From NCBI RefSeq assembly GCF_009914755.1, contig NC_060929.1: a DNA stretch of 64,000 nucleotides. The stretch is one strand, 5' to 3'. Within the stretch, counting starts at the first letter, position 1. Each line of letters starts with the position of its first letter. Under the pieces are notes generated by a model that was given only the letters and a program-made list of their open reading frames with translations, ran no database searches and was not told the origin of the DNA. Shown here piece by piece: positions 1-12,930 of this stretch. Source of the stretch: the human T2T-CHM13v2.0 reference genome, Homo sapiens. The position numbers and the translations under genes were made by a program.

Positions 1-609
1 GAAGTTAAAACAAGTTTCCCATGGAAACCACATTCCAGCTCTTGCTTTTACCTTCCTGCTGGGACCGGGGTGACCAGGAAGCTGGAGTGAGACTCTGGGG
101 CCCTGAGGGAGAGCCCTCACCACAGCTGCTCACCCTCCATCCTTTTGGGGCTGTAAATAAATGTTTGGCTGACTGCTCAACTCCCACATAGACCCGTGTT
201 GCTGTTGCTCCGAGCTGACTTGAAGTGTGGGGGCTCATAACTCTGTTCTCAATCCTGCAGGTGGAGTTTAGCCACAGGTGGCCCATGCATTCTGAGGAAG
301 TCTCTGTGTTTCAACTTAGGACAGACCCCCATGGCTGGCCTGGCGGGGACCCTGCAATGGAACATGAAGCTCCCTGAGCTCTCCCTGCTTCTTCATCTAC
401 CTGGCCCTGAGGGTGGGGGGCGGTCGCCACTAGTCCTAGAGACATGGGGGGAGGAGTGCCTATTGTTTTGGTTTTTTACTTGCTTTGTATGTGCATACCA
501 AACACCTAGTTTTATGGAAAATCAGATACATTTCTCCAATCCTGTAGTAAGGCTGAAGTGTGGGTATTACACATCTGGTAGTCTAGGCATAAAATGAATT
601 TGGAAGGTG

Positions 610-1545
610 TGTGCTGATCTCCTAGGGCTGCCTAACAAACTAGTGCAAACTGGGTGGCTTCAAACAATAAATCCACTCCCTCACAGATGCCTAAAATCTG
701 AGACCAAGGTGCTGACAGTGCCCTGCTCCCACTGAAGGCTCCAGGAAGGTCATTCCAGCCTCTCTTCCAGCTTCTGGTGGATGCTGGTGTGCTTCATAGT
801 CTTTGGCCTTCCTTGACTGTCCTCAACATTCCTTGGCTTTCCTTGGCCATTCTTTGCTTTTCTTGGTGTTCCTTGGCCGTCCTTGGCCTTCTTTGGCGTT
901 CTTTGGTCTTATTTTGCCTTCCTTTTATTTCCTTGGCGATCCTTCATCATCCTTGGCTGTCCTTGACATTCCTTGGCCTTCCTTTGCTGTCCTTTGCTTT
1001 TCTTGGTGCTCCTGGGCTGTCCTTGGCCATTCTTTGACCATCCTTGGCATTCCTGGGCTGTCCTTGGCCGTCCTCGGCTGTCCTTGGCCATCTTTGGCTG
1101 TCCTTGACATTCCTTGGCCATTCTTTGACCATCCTTGGCATTCCTGGGCTGTCCTTGGCTGTCCTCGGCTGTCCTTGGCCATCTTTGGCTGTCCTTGACC
1201 TTCCTTGGCCATTCTTTGGCCCTCCTTGGCGTTCCTCGGCCTTCATTGGCCATCCTTGGTGTCCTTGGCCTTTGTTGGCCTCCCTCGTCCTTCCTCAGTC
1301 ATCCTTGGACTTCCTTGGCATTCTTTGCTTTGTGTCTTCATCGCTTTATTCTCTGTGTTCGTCTTTATGTGGCCTTCTTCTTGTGTGTGTCTGTCTTCAT
1401 ATGGCTTTATAATAGACACCATTCATTGGATTTAGGGCCCTCCCTAACCCAGTATGACCTCGTCTTAACTAAATCTACAAAGACCTGATTTCCAAACAAC
1501 ATCACATTCTGAGGTTCTGAGCAGGCATGAATTTTGGTGGGCCGT
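610..1545 (-). mobile_element. MLT1-family MaLR LTR interrupted by an internal tandem expansion
   Basis: CCTAGGGCTGCC..AAACTGGGTGGCTT and GGATTTAGGGCCC..ATGACCTCGTCTTAACT..CACATTCTGAGGTTCTG match the antisense MLT1 consensus. Confidence 0.75.
800..1335. repeat. Pyrimidine-rich ~10-bp monomer tandem repeat (CCTTGGCTGT-like) with a 91-bp higher-order period
   Basis: CCTTGGCCATTCTTT recurs at 1021, 1112 and 1203. Confidence 0.85.
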
Positions 1546-1859
1546 ACTTATCCCAGTGTGGGAGACCAGGGTGTATGTCTCAACCCTTCTCACTAGAATG
1601 CAAACAAGACCCCCAGTTTGCAGGTATCAGACGTTCACAGACTTGGAGCCTGCTGAGGAAGGGGGACTGGAAGTCTGGAGCCACCAACCTGTTTAAGGTA
1701 CTTTTAACTGTTTTCCAGAGTAATGGTGACCTGGAAAGGAGAATAATTAGACTCTTCTATGACGGCTGAATGTTAGTTCTGAGCTGGCACTGATGCCAGG
1801 GGACCCAAAACACCACGGTGGCCTCCCCTTCCGTCCCTGGTCATGTTCTTTGCTCCAAA

Positions 1860-3020
1860 GCCTTCACTATCTGATTCGAGGATAGTAGCTCTTGCTTTCT
1901 TTGGTTAATGCTTGCCTGATGTGTTATTTTCCACCATTTTCCTCTCAGCCTGTATACATCCTCATATTTGAAGTGAGTTTCTTGTACACAGCACATAGTT
2001 TTTCTAATCTACTTTTTCTATTTTTTTTCTATTTTTTTTTTTTCTTTGAGACAGAGTCTCACTCTTGTTGCCCAGGCTGGAGTGCAGTGATGCCATCTCG
2101 GCTCACTGCAACCTCCACTTCCCAGGTTCAAGCAGTTCTGCCTCAGCCTCCTGAGTAGCTGGGATTACAGGCGTGTGCCACCACACCCAGCTAATTTTTT
2201 GTATTTTTAGTAGAGACAGGGTTTCATGTTGGTCAGGCAGTTCTCGAACTCCTGATCTCGTGATCCGCCCACTTCGGCCTCCCAAAAAGTGCTGGAATTA
2301 TAGGCATGAGCCACCGCGTCAGCCCTTTTCTATTCTTTTCATTGATGTCTTTGTACTGTTTACATTGAATGCAATTATTGATATGTTAGGGCTTACATCC
2401 ACCTTTTTGTTTTTTTGTTCTGTGCTTAGTGTTTCTTTTAATTAATTACTTTAAATGGACAAAAAATAATTGTAAATATTCATAGGATACTCTGTGATGT
2501 TTTGATGACACACACAGGGAAGGATTCATACCTGTGGTGTTCTGAGCGTCTCTGTGTGTGGGCAGCTCTGGGAGTTATCTTACACATGGGCATATACGGC
2601 TTCCTGATGCCACCTTAGTAGGGTTTGAGGTGTGGTGTTGCGGCCTGGCGGAGGTGGAGTCCAGGCTCCCCCGCTGGCCTTTGCTGGCGTGGGTGGGGTG
2701 CAGTGTGGCCCCTGGTGACTGGCTGGATGGAGCAGTTCCCATCCGGACATTTCTCATCCTGTTATACTGCTCATTCCCTGGGTCTCCGGCCAGAGACAGC
2801 AGGCTTTTGCAGGACATTTTTGGGGGTTGGGGGGTGCGGTTTGCATCCATTGGTCTTTCTGTGTTGCTGGCTTCTTCATCTGTCAGGGATCTATGAGGAA
2901 AAAGCCCAGGGCTCCCCAGAATGCCATTTCTCAGGTTCCAAGCCCAGCGGGGCTGCCTCCTCCCCTCCTCTCAGAGTGTCTGTCTTGTGCTTGTTTTTTG
3001 TGCAGGGTCCAGGGTTCACG
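1860..3020 (-). mobile_element. Old L1M fragments, split by an Alu
   Basis: T-rich L1-antisense-like text such as TTTGAAGTGAGTTTCTTGTACACAGCA and TTTACATTGAATGCAATTATTGATATGTTAGG. The 2.55-3.0 kb part resembles an L1M 5' region. Confidence 0.5.
2021..2324 (-). mobile_element. Alu (AluS-like)
   Basis: Poly-T followed by GAGACAGAGTCTCACTC...GCCCAGGCTGGAGTGCAGTG; dimeric structure. Confidence 0.95.
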
Positions 3021-3094
3021 GTTGCACTTAGCAAGAGGCATGGGGAAAGCTCATATCCTCCACATTCTGTGAGCAAAAGACCTGGCCATTCACT

Positions 3095-3411
3095 GTTTTG
3101 GTTTTTGTTTGTTTGTTTGTTTGTTTTTTGCGACAAAGTCTTGCTCTGTCACCTAGGCTGGAGTGCAATGGTACGATCTTGGTTCACAGCAGCCTCCACC
3201 CACCGGGTTCAAGTGATTCTCGTGCCTCAGCCTCCCGAGTAGCTGGGATTACAGGCGCGCACCACCACGCCCGGCTAATTTTTGTATTTTTAGTAGAGAT
3301 GGGGTTTCGCCATGTCGGCCAGGCTGGTCTCAAACTCCTGACCTCAAGTGGTCTGCCTGCCTCGACCTCCCAAAGTGTTGGGATTACAGGCATGGGCCGC
3401 TGCTCCCGGAC
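3095..3411 (-). mobile_element. Alu with a (TTTG)n tail and target-site duplication TGGCCATTCACT
   Basis: Alu consensus; the same 12-mer occurs at 3083-3094 and 3412-3423. Confidence 0.95.
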
Positions 3412-6400
3412 TGGCCATTCACTTTTAAAGGAAGGAAGCATAGACTTAGACTTTGCTGTGCCTGGACTTCTTGGGGATGATGAAAGGTGGCTGGCAGGTC
3501 AGGGGCCTGGTGGAGGCAAGAGCAGCTGACCTGGGAGAAGGTCTGAGAGGGTGTCCTGTGTGGGCAGGTGCGGAGCGTGTATGTCAGCTGCTGAGGGATA
3601 CATGGGACCAACAGGGAGGTATTGTTCAGGTGTGGGCTCTGGCCCCCTAGCCTGCACCGTGGCCCCTGTGCCCGGGGGTCACTGAGGCAGGGGAGCAAGC
3701 GACGCATGTCCTGATGGGGGCGCCCTTCCCGGCCTGATCCAGCTGAACCGCGCCACGGGTCCCAGTGCACTTGCAGCATCCCCAGCACTCCTGTGAACCG
3801 CAGAAGCCTCACCTGTCTCCAGGGACCACACAGCATTGCTGACGCCGAGGGCCCCATTTCGAGGCGACGTGCACACTCTGCAGAAGCGTGGTCCTGCGGT
3901 GTCCCCTCCCAGAGGCAGGCGGGATGACAAAGGCTCAGCTGAGGTGTCTCTGCCCCAGACAGTGGCACTGAGTTGCCAAACATTGGATTCAAGGGCCTGA
4001 GGGTGGGGAGGGAAGCAGGACCTGCCCTTCTTATTGCCCCATCTCGGGACACACTTGGAGTTTGTGCTTCTCATTTCTGCAGCCTCAGCTGCTGGCCCCC
4101 TAGTCTTGCTTCCGCCCCGTACTTCAGTGAGGCAGCCATGGAGCTGCAGTTGTGAGGGCCGCCTGGCCACTTTGGAGCCCTTGTGCTGGTGGGCAGAAGG
4201 CAAAGAAGAGAGCTGCTTAGGTGGGGCGGGGCGGGGTGGGGGGCAGTGACAGAGGGTCCTGTGAGGACCTGGGCACCGCCAGGTAAGGAGGTGCCTGGAG
4301 CCCAGCACGTGTCTCTGCTGCCACAGTGATGATCATGGGTACCTGGGGACCAACAGTGGCCGAGGCCCAGCAACCCAACTCTCAGGGGTGAAGCTGGTTC
4401 CCCCACCCGGCAGGCGATTTCTCCGGCTGAGAGTGGCCATGGAAGATGAGGCACGCTACTCACACCACATGGTAACCTGCAGCCGCATGCACTGGGAGGC
4501 CCTGCAGAGCCTCCTCTGCTAGCTCTCTATGGTGCCGTGACCTGGGAGGGGCTCTGGGCAGAACAGGGTTAGTGCCAGGCAGGAGGAAACCAACAAGGGC
4601 AGCAGTGGACTCCAGTGGCCACAGCTCTCTCTCGGGCCCCAGCTTGGTACTGCTGCCCTTGGGCTTCCCCAGTTGTCCCCAGGCAGTGTGTCCCCCTCTC
4701 CCCTGCCAGTGCTGGGCGCTCCAGCTCACGGCTCGGCTTTGCAAGGTCAGGGCCCAAGACGTCCATGGGAACCTGCAGCACCTGCTTGCTTACCACCTGC
4801 CCGCTTGCGGCCAGGAAGCGTGTGTGACTGTCTTGGCAGTGGCATTTTCCTTTGTCCCAGCACTGGTTCCGCAATGCATTTTGTAAGGGTCCTCCAGGGG
4901 CCACCTGGGGAGTGGCCAGGGCGATAGGGTGTCCTCTGCACTCTCCGTTCCTGGGTGCTCAGGGCATCCTGGGGGTGCCTGCCTCTGCCCGGCTCTCCTT
5001 GCGGGGAAGCCACACTGAGGCACCGACACTGCCCGTTGTGAATTCTGCGACCACTTCTGGTAAGTTCTCAACAAGTAGGCGTAGCACAAAGCAAGCATTC
5101 GTGTTCTCAGATCCCAAGTTGTCTTTTCTTCAAAAGCCAGTGACAATTTAGAAACGGAGAAAGTGACCTTGCTCTCCAAGAAGCAAATGAAAATAGTGGG
5201 AGCAGCATCCTTGCTGGCCTTCTTAGAAAGCAGTGTATGAATGTATCTTCTCATGCTTTCAACAGTCACCACAATTTAAAAAATACAGTATCAGGAGAAC
5301 TAAACTGACCCAGTTGATTATGTTGAAGCATCTTTTTTTTTTTTAACTTCAAGTTCTTTTAGCAAAGTGAATCCATATTCCACCTGATTATGATTTATTC
5401 CAAGAAATCAATCATCTACGACGGATGAGCTGAGCAGGAGATGTCGTTCCAGAGTGAATTAACTGGTCAACAGTCAACCATCGTTTTCCATTTTGTGTCC
5501 AGACCCAGACACTGGTGGTTCCCAGCCTTGGGTTTCAGAGGTCAGCACAAGGAAGTCAGGAAGCAAGTTTCCTCCTGTGGTTGCTTCTGTGGCCAGGGAG
5601 GGGCGTCCATCTGGGATTCTCATCCTGTCACACAAGCATGGCGTACTAAGCCAGCAGGCAGGGACGCCATTGCTTCTGAATGACGGTTATTTTCAGGGAG
5701 GGACCCTTGGCAGTCCTACACCACCCTTGGTCACAGGTGTGTTTCTGGTTCTGCCGGCAGCAGCGTTCAGGAGAGGGGTGGGGCCCTTAGAACCACCGCC
5801 CACCCCAGCAAACCTGGCCCCAAGGACGGCCTCGCCACATCAGCCTCACGGCTCCGGGGCTGTCTCCACCACGAGCCAGTGTCCACAGTGCCCGCTGACC
5901 TGGGGAGTGGCTTGGCTTGGCCTGGCCTAGAAAAGACCTTGCCTGGCTGGAGGCCCCACCTCAAGGGTGACCTCCTGGGTGGGGAGGAGGTATGCCGGGG
6001 TGCTCCCAGTGCAGCATGTGTGACTGTTCAGCCTTTCTCCCAAGACGGAGCCGCCCAACCTTTAGCGTGTCTGCTTCCAGATGGGGAGGCCCAGTCCCTG
6101 TGGAAGTGACTGCTCTCCCGCGGCCCAGCCTCGGGACCCTCCCGTCAGCCCTCTCCATTCACGCTAAACTGCGCTGTTCCTCAGGCTAATATCACCATTA
6201 CAGTACTAATTTATTAGACACAGGGAGATTTTAAATTTCATTTTAGTGCAGTTATTTAAAATTTAAAACGATAACGTCTAACTCAATTAAATTTCAGTTG
6301 ATTTATTTAAAGAATTGTAAATGCACGAAGTCTAATAACATGAGTGAGTCATAAGAACTCTAAGAACAGCTTCATCTCCATGTAGGGGACCTGCTTTCGG

Positions 6401-6896
6401 GCTGGTCTTGTCAGGAGGTAACAGTAAGAAAGATTCAAACCAGGCAGATCCGGGATTGAAAACTGATCCAGCCTCAACTTCCTGGACTATTTTTTATCTA
6501 CCTAAACTTCTCATGTCTTACAATAATTACGTTTTCTTTTTTACCTTTCTTTTTGGGGATTTCTGGCACTTTCATCATTTAGAGGCTCTGGTGGAAGAGC
6601 CAGCTAGCTGTTCACCACTGTGGAGAGGACTTTGAAGGCACGGGGGCCACGCCTGGCATCCCCTGCCCCATCACGCTCCTCGCGTGGAGCTCTGTTTCCC
6701 AGCTTGACTTTGTGCCTAGATGAACCGGCTGAAGGATGCGTGACTTGACTGCGTAGATGAACCGGCTGGTAGCACACTGCGGCTCCTCTTATGGAAACAT
6801 GCTCCTGGCCCTGTGGCCTGTGGGGCCCCCCCTCCCCGGATGTTCGCATCATCTCGCCAGGTCAGCTCAGCAATGTCGTCTAACAGCCGGGACTGA

Positions 6897-7190
6897 TGTG
6901 GTCTGCATGGCTGAGCCCCCCAGATCCGAGTGTTGAAACCCTCGGTGGGGTTATGAGGAGGCGGGTATGAAGTGGTATGAGGAGGAGGGTCCCTCAGGAA
7001 TGGGATTCGTGCCCTTATAAAAGGGACTCCAGAGAGCTTCCCGCCCCTTCCACAAAGTGAGGACACAGCGAGAAGGGGCTGTCCGTGAACTCGGAGCCCT
7101 CAGGGGACACGAAACCTGCCGGAGGCCTGATCCTGCGTGTCCTGGGGCTCTCCGTGGGCATTTCCTGTCTGCGTGGAGAGGCACAGCCGC
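6897..7190 (+). mobile_element. MLT1A-like MaLR LTR
   Basis: GAATGGGATTCGTGCCCTTATAAAAGGGACTCCAGAGAGC..GTGAGGACACAGCGAGAAGG matches the MLT1A core. Confidence 0.75.
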
Positions 7191-7924
7191 AGCGGGAGCC
7201 GGAGCAGGTGGTGTGCAGGGAGAGGCGGAGCCGCGCGCAGGGAGGGGCGGAGCCGCGCGCTGGGAGGGGCGGAGCCGTGTGCAGGAATGAGAGGGGCGGG
7301 AGAGCCCGATTTCACTGCTTGCGCCCTTGGATGCTGCTTGAGCCCGGTTGTGGGTTCTCATTCTGTTAGGCAGATTGGGCTTGGTGTTTATCCCATTCAC
7401 TGGATGGAATCCTGGTGGACTGAGGTCTGGCCCCCGCTTAGGAATGCGGAGATGGGAGCAGGTTAGTCCTGTGCTGGCTCCGAGGTCGCCCTGAGGTCGC
7501 GCCCTGGGCTGTGGGCTGCCCCAGCTGCTTGCTTCCAGGAGCACCATTTTCCCTTGCAAAGAAAGGACGCCACTGTGGTTATTGCACGTGGCTGTCGCCA
7601 GACGTTTTCTGAAGCCAGATGAAGTGAGCCCACTACTTTGGGGAGATCAGTCAGCTCTGTTTGTCGTCAGAACATCTGAGCATTCAAACAAATGCTAGAG
7701 TTTGGGGAACGAGTATCCCCCACTGTGAGTTTGGCAGTTTCCCAACATGTACAGACTCCTGAGGCGCTCGGTGAGAATGAGGATGAATGCGACTTACTCA
7801 CCTTGTGAAGTAGAATGTGCTGACTTACGGAGATCTGCTTAGCTAAGTGACCCAGTATCTGCTAATGACCAGTGCAAGCTGTTACAAAATTATGCGTGGT
7901 TAAAAGAGTCAAAGTGCACTATGA

Positions 7925-8224
<300 letters not shown>

Positions 8225-8624
8225 AAAGTGCACTATAGACCAGTGGAGTTTAACACAATGGAATATGAAGTTCACTGGTATGTTTCAGATTTTATTTTTG
8301 GGACCAAGCTTTAGGAAACTGTAATTTGTTGAGTTTTAGTGTAATATCAAAGAAGAATCCAAATTCTCAGAAAATACTATAAAATAGATCTTTCTTTTCC
8401 AACTAGATATCTGTGTGAGGCTGGATTTTCTTTGCCTACTCCAACCAAAGCGACACATCACAGCAGACTGGATGCAGAAGCGTGCGTGGGAATGCAGCTG
8501 TTTTCCATGGAACCAGACGCTACAGAGACTGCAACGTGTAAAACACTGCCATTCTTTTCATTCCTTTGAATAATTTTTTTAAAATTTGCTATTTAACACG
8601 TAATAGTTTTTTATTTTAAAATGA

Positions 8625-8919
<295 letters not shown>

Positions 8920-11900
8920 AATAAATATTTTAAATGATCGGTTTTAATTCTAATAAGGTAAATATCAACGCACATTGCCCACATAAACAGAAGCTCTTTA
9001 GGGTCCTCAGTAATATTTACAACTGTAAGGGATGCTGAGACCGAAACCCTTAAGAACTGCAGCTTTGAAGATGTGTTTGTTCTCTTGAGGAGATTTTATT
9101 TTGTTCACTTAGGGACAGTTTTCTTCCCCAATTATATACATGTTTAAAATCTACAAAGCATTTGTGAGAACACTTGGCCAGGGCGAGCAAAATGTAAGTA
9201 TGTGTTAAGTAGGAAAATAAATACCTTCTAAAAATGTGCAGTAACGCATTGGTGTCGCGTAATTTCCTTGAAGATGTTGATTGTCCTCTGAACTCAGGGT
9301 TATAAGGGGATTTCTCTGTGTTTCGTGGGACATGCCTTTTTATTAAATGGAGTTCTCTAAAAATCACATGAAGCACGTTGATAGTGTCCATGTTTTTGAC
9401 AGATAAAAAGAGGAAGCGTCTGCACACTGTCCATTTAAACCAGGGAAGGGCTGTGTTTGGTAACTCTCATATTGACCATCATCTTCAGTCAAATGCATTC
9501 CACTGAGTCTTTATACAGTCTCACTCATGTTCTTCTCATCTGGTTAACAATTAGCAATGCATTCATTTATTTCATGTAAATGTTCAAAATAAAGGTCACA
9601 ATTTATTTCCCCCAAAACATGTGAGTCGTGATTTCATGGTCTGGCATGTGGTTCTGAGTTACTCTTGATATCCGAAAACTTTGTTCCTAGGCCACTATTT
9701 GCATTGCTATAATACCTGCATAGAGCTTCACAGAGAAAAGCAAGTTCACGCTGAAGGTGGAGATTCACCAGAAGAAACCTCCACAGGCACCAGAAGTGGT
9801 CCCAATGCCCTTGGCCCTCCCCTCCCCACCCCTCCTCTCACTTCCCCCTCCTCCACTTTTCCTCCCTCATCCCTCCTTCTCTTCCTCCCCCTCCTCCTCC
9901 CCAGTGCCGGCAGAGGCAGGCTACAGCCCTCTCCTTCCCTCCCACTCTCTGTAGCCACCTCTGCTTCCTTCTCCATCTCTGCGGCTCTTTCTAATATGTG
10001 TGGACCTGACTTCTGGGCGCTGATGGAAGCGCTGCGTGGACGCATCAGAACGAAAGCCAGACACGCTGACCATTTAAAGCAGAGTGCGTTGTTTTCTTGG
10101 AATCTGGGCTCCCAGGAAGGTGGCCCTTTCCCTGTGCTGGGCGACAGCCTCACCTGACAACCCCCCCAGGGCCGACTGCTCCCTGTCTTGTCATCTCTTC
10201 ATGGGACATGTACTTCGGAAACAAATGTCCAGCACAGTCCTGGTGGAGCCCAGCAGTTCTCATTTCTCGCCTTCATTTTCCTGGGTGGCTCGTTATTTTA
10301 CTGAGAGTACTTAGGGGTCGTTGGTCGTGGTGCTGCTTGCAGGCTGGTGTGTTTCAGTGTTTCCTGGCCTCTCCCCTGAGTGCGGGGACGGGAGGCACTT
10401 TATTAGTGTCACTGATTTTGCTGATGTTTCTGTTAATTTAATTTTATTATATACTGTTGAGAATGCCTTTTTCCTCTGCAAACACATTTGCATACTCCAA
10501 GTGAGTTACTGCGCCCTCATTAATGAATGGAGCTTGTTCTGCCGTGAGAATGGCCGTGGAGCGCCCTGGAGGTGCCCGGCCCACGATGGGTCGCTTCCAG
10601 AACTGTGTGTGCTTGCGCCAGTACTTTCCACTCCCTGTGTGTTTTCTAATAGGAAAAGATGTCACTTAGTGTGAGTGAAATTCCCTCCAGGCCCAGGCGA
10701 ACATTCCAGAAAGGCATCTTCCCTGGTGCTGCTGGGGCAGGGGAGATGGAAGGAGATCCCCAGAGGGGGCCTGGGGCCTGGCGCTGTGGATGAGAGGCAC
10801 TCTGGGGCTGGCTGTGCTGAAGCAGCAGGAGCAGGTGGCTCTGGAAAGGGATTTGGAGGGGACACCCTCTCCATCCTCTCTGTGCCCCTCCCTGTTCCCA
10901 GCCCCCTTCCCCCGGCTCCTCCTCCTGCCAGCTCCTTGCTGGGCTGAACCTTCCCTGCCTCCGGCCTCTGTGGAGAAAACCCGGTCCTTCCAGCTTCTTG
11001 GAATGCTTCGGGCAGCTCTGGGTGTTGGTGTCTCATCTCTGTCTGGTCAGGGGGACTTGAGAATCTGTCCTTGAGGCCCGCAGGGGTGCTGGGGCTGCCT
11101 CCTTCCTGAGAGAGTGCCGTCTCCCTCGGGAGTGGGCTGTGCTTCCACTCCTGCTGTTGCAGGGGCACCAAGAGGGCTGCTTCAGGAGTCAGGTCAGGAG
11201 GGAGATCGAGTCGCTCCTCACCCTAGAGCCATCATCAGCTCTGTGGCAGGAGAGGATGGCACCTCTGTGTGCTCACCATCACCAGCCGCAGGGATTCCGG
11301 GAGGAGGCATCCAAAGGGAAACTTCCTTGCTGTTTTCCTTCCTTCTCACTTAAAAGGCACCTGCGGTTCCGAGAGCCTATTACAGGCATCTGTTTCCACT
11401 ACACGGGTGAGTTTGTAACCAAACTGTAGTGTCTGAATCATAAAATTAGTTATTTCTCTAAAAAACCACAATCTTCCAAAAGCTATGTTTAGAAATACTT
11501 AAAGTAAATCCCTATGAGAACAAAACAAAACAGAGTAGCTTGTTTGTTTAAAGTAGCCCTCATCCCACCTGACTTGGGTTCACACTTCCTGGCTAGACCG
11601 TTGAGCTGTTTGTTTACGTGATGAGAGCCCAGACCCCCAAGAAACCTCAGAAACCCCCCGGGCACGCCCAGGGCTCAACTGAAGGCAAAACGCAACCTGC
11701 ACGTGCCGCGGTGTGAGCAGTGCCAGGAGCAGCGATAAACTGTCCCCACACAGGACACCGTGTGCTTGAGGCCAGGAACACATCCCGGTGGCCCCTTCTG
11801 AGTACATCTGACCCATGTTCAGACCAGCTGCAGGGGCCTGCCCAGCCCAGGTGTGAACAAAGGACGGTGGCTTCTGATCTCCGCTGAGCACCTCGCGCTG

Positions 11901-12608
11901 CAAAGACTGTGAGGACCTGGTGCTGGGTGTTGCCTCCGCCTCCTCCGGCCACAGAGCCCACAGGGCATGGGCGTGAGTCCCTGAGAGCAGAGCCTGGCGC
12001 CAAAGCCCAGCTCTGAGAAGGAATGGTTGGGAGGCCCCCATGGCCAGGAGAGCCACGCTGGCCCATTTGCACACAAGTCAAAAATTGGAGCTATAGGTAA
12101 AAGTGACAGCATCGTGGACTGGTCCCATGACCGCACCTGCATCTGCAGCAGCCCCACTGTGATGGCGGGGACCTCCTTACTAATACGAAGGGTCTGCTGC
12201 AGCCCCACTGTGATGGTGGACTGTCTTACTAATATGAAGGGGCACAGGTGGGGCTTTGAACTCAGCCTCGGTTGAACCCCTCCGAAGGTGAAATTCCTGG
12301 AGTCCGGGCTCTCGGGGGTGTCCGACGTGTGAAAGCAACTCAAAGGCCCACAGCACATCCTCATTTCCCTGCTCAAGGGCTGTGCTGATTAACCTGAAAA
12401 ACTGCCAAATGTGGTAGAAAAGGCTGGAGTTGAGAATTGGAGAGTTCATCACCGATCCTCATAGCTTTATCCTAAAGAGGGCCCCAGCCTCTTAAGTTGC
12501 ATGCGTACACTGAATTTTGTGGCTCACCCGTTGGGGCCTGGCCTTCTCAGAGCTGTGGGATGGACTAGGGGTCAGTGGCCAGCGCAGCCTGGGTTCCATT
12601 TCTGTATC

Positions 12609-12930
12609 TGTCATGGGCAGAATGACGCCCCCCACATGCATATGTTTAGGTCCTGACCCAGTGCTTGAGAACCTGACTGTGTTTGGAGACAGGCCCTCTA
12701 AAGATTAGGGTGGGCCCTGATCCACTAGGACAGGTGTCCTTCTAGAAGGAGGTGAGGACACAGACAGGCACAGAGGCAGACCCTGCAAGGACACAGGGAG
12801 TCTACACGGTCAGGATCGAGGCCCTAGGAGGATCCAGCCCAGCCGCACCCTGACCTTGGACTTCCAGCCTGGGGGTTGGTGAGAGAAGCCCCTCCTGTGG
12901 CATATCCTTGGGGCCGTGCCTGCTCGCTAA
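12609..12930 (+). mobile_element. MLT1B-like MaLR LTR
   Basis: TAGGGTGGGCCCTGATCCACTAGGACAGGTGTCCTTCTAGAAGGAG..GACCTTGGACTTCCAGCCT. Confidence 0.7.

Noticed and set aside
777-1488. Hydrophobic or basic ORFs resembling membrane proteins
   Set aside because: They come from the 10-bp pyrimidine repeat inside an LTR.
3098-3529. ORFs with [11 protein letters not shown]-type peptides (also 7909, 8643, 17943, 24165 and 59666)
   Set aside because: Alu-derived translations.
4790-5480. Possible processed pseudogene or transposase remnant (160-aa minus-strand ORF)
   Set aside because: I recognise no homology, only a faint resemblance to a hAT C-terminus. It would need a tBLASTn or Dfam search to support a call.
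12147-12242. Two-copy ~51-bp local duplication
   Set aside because: Diverged and only two copies; an ordinary slippage product with no evident function.
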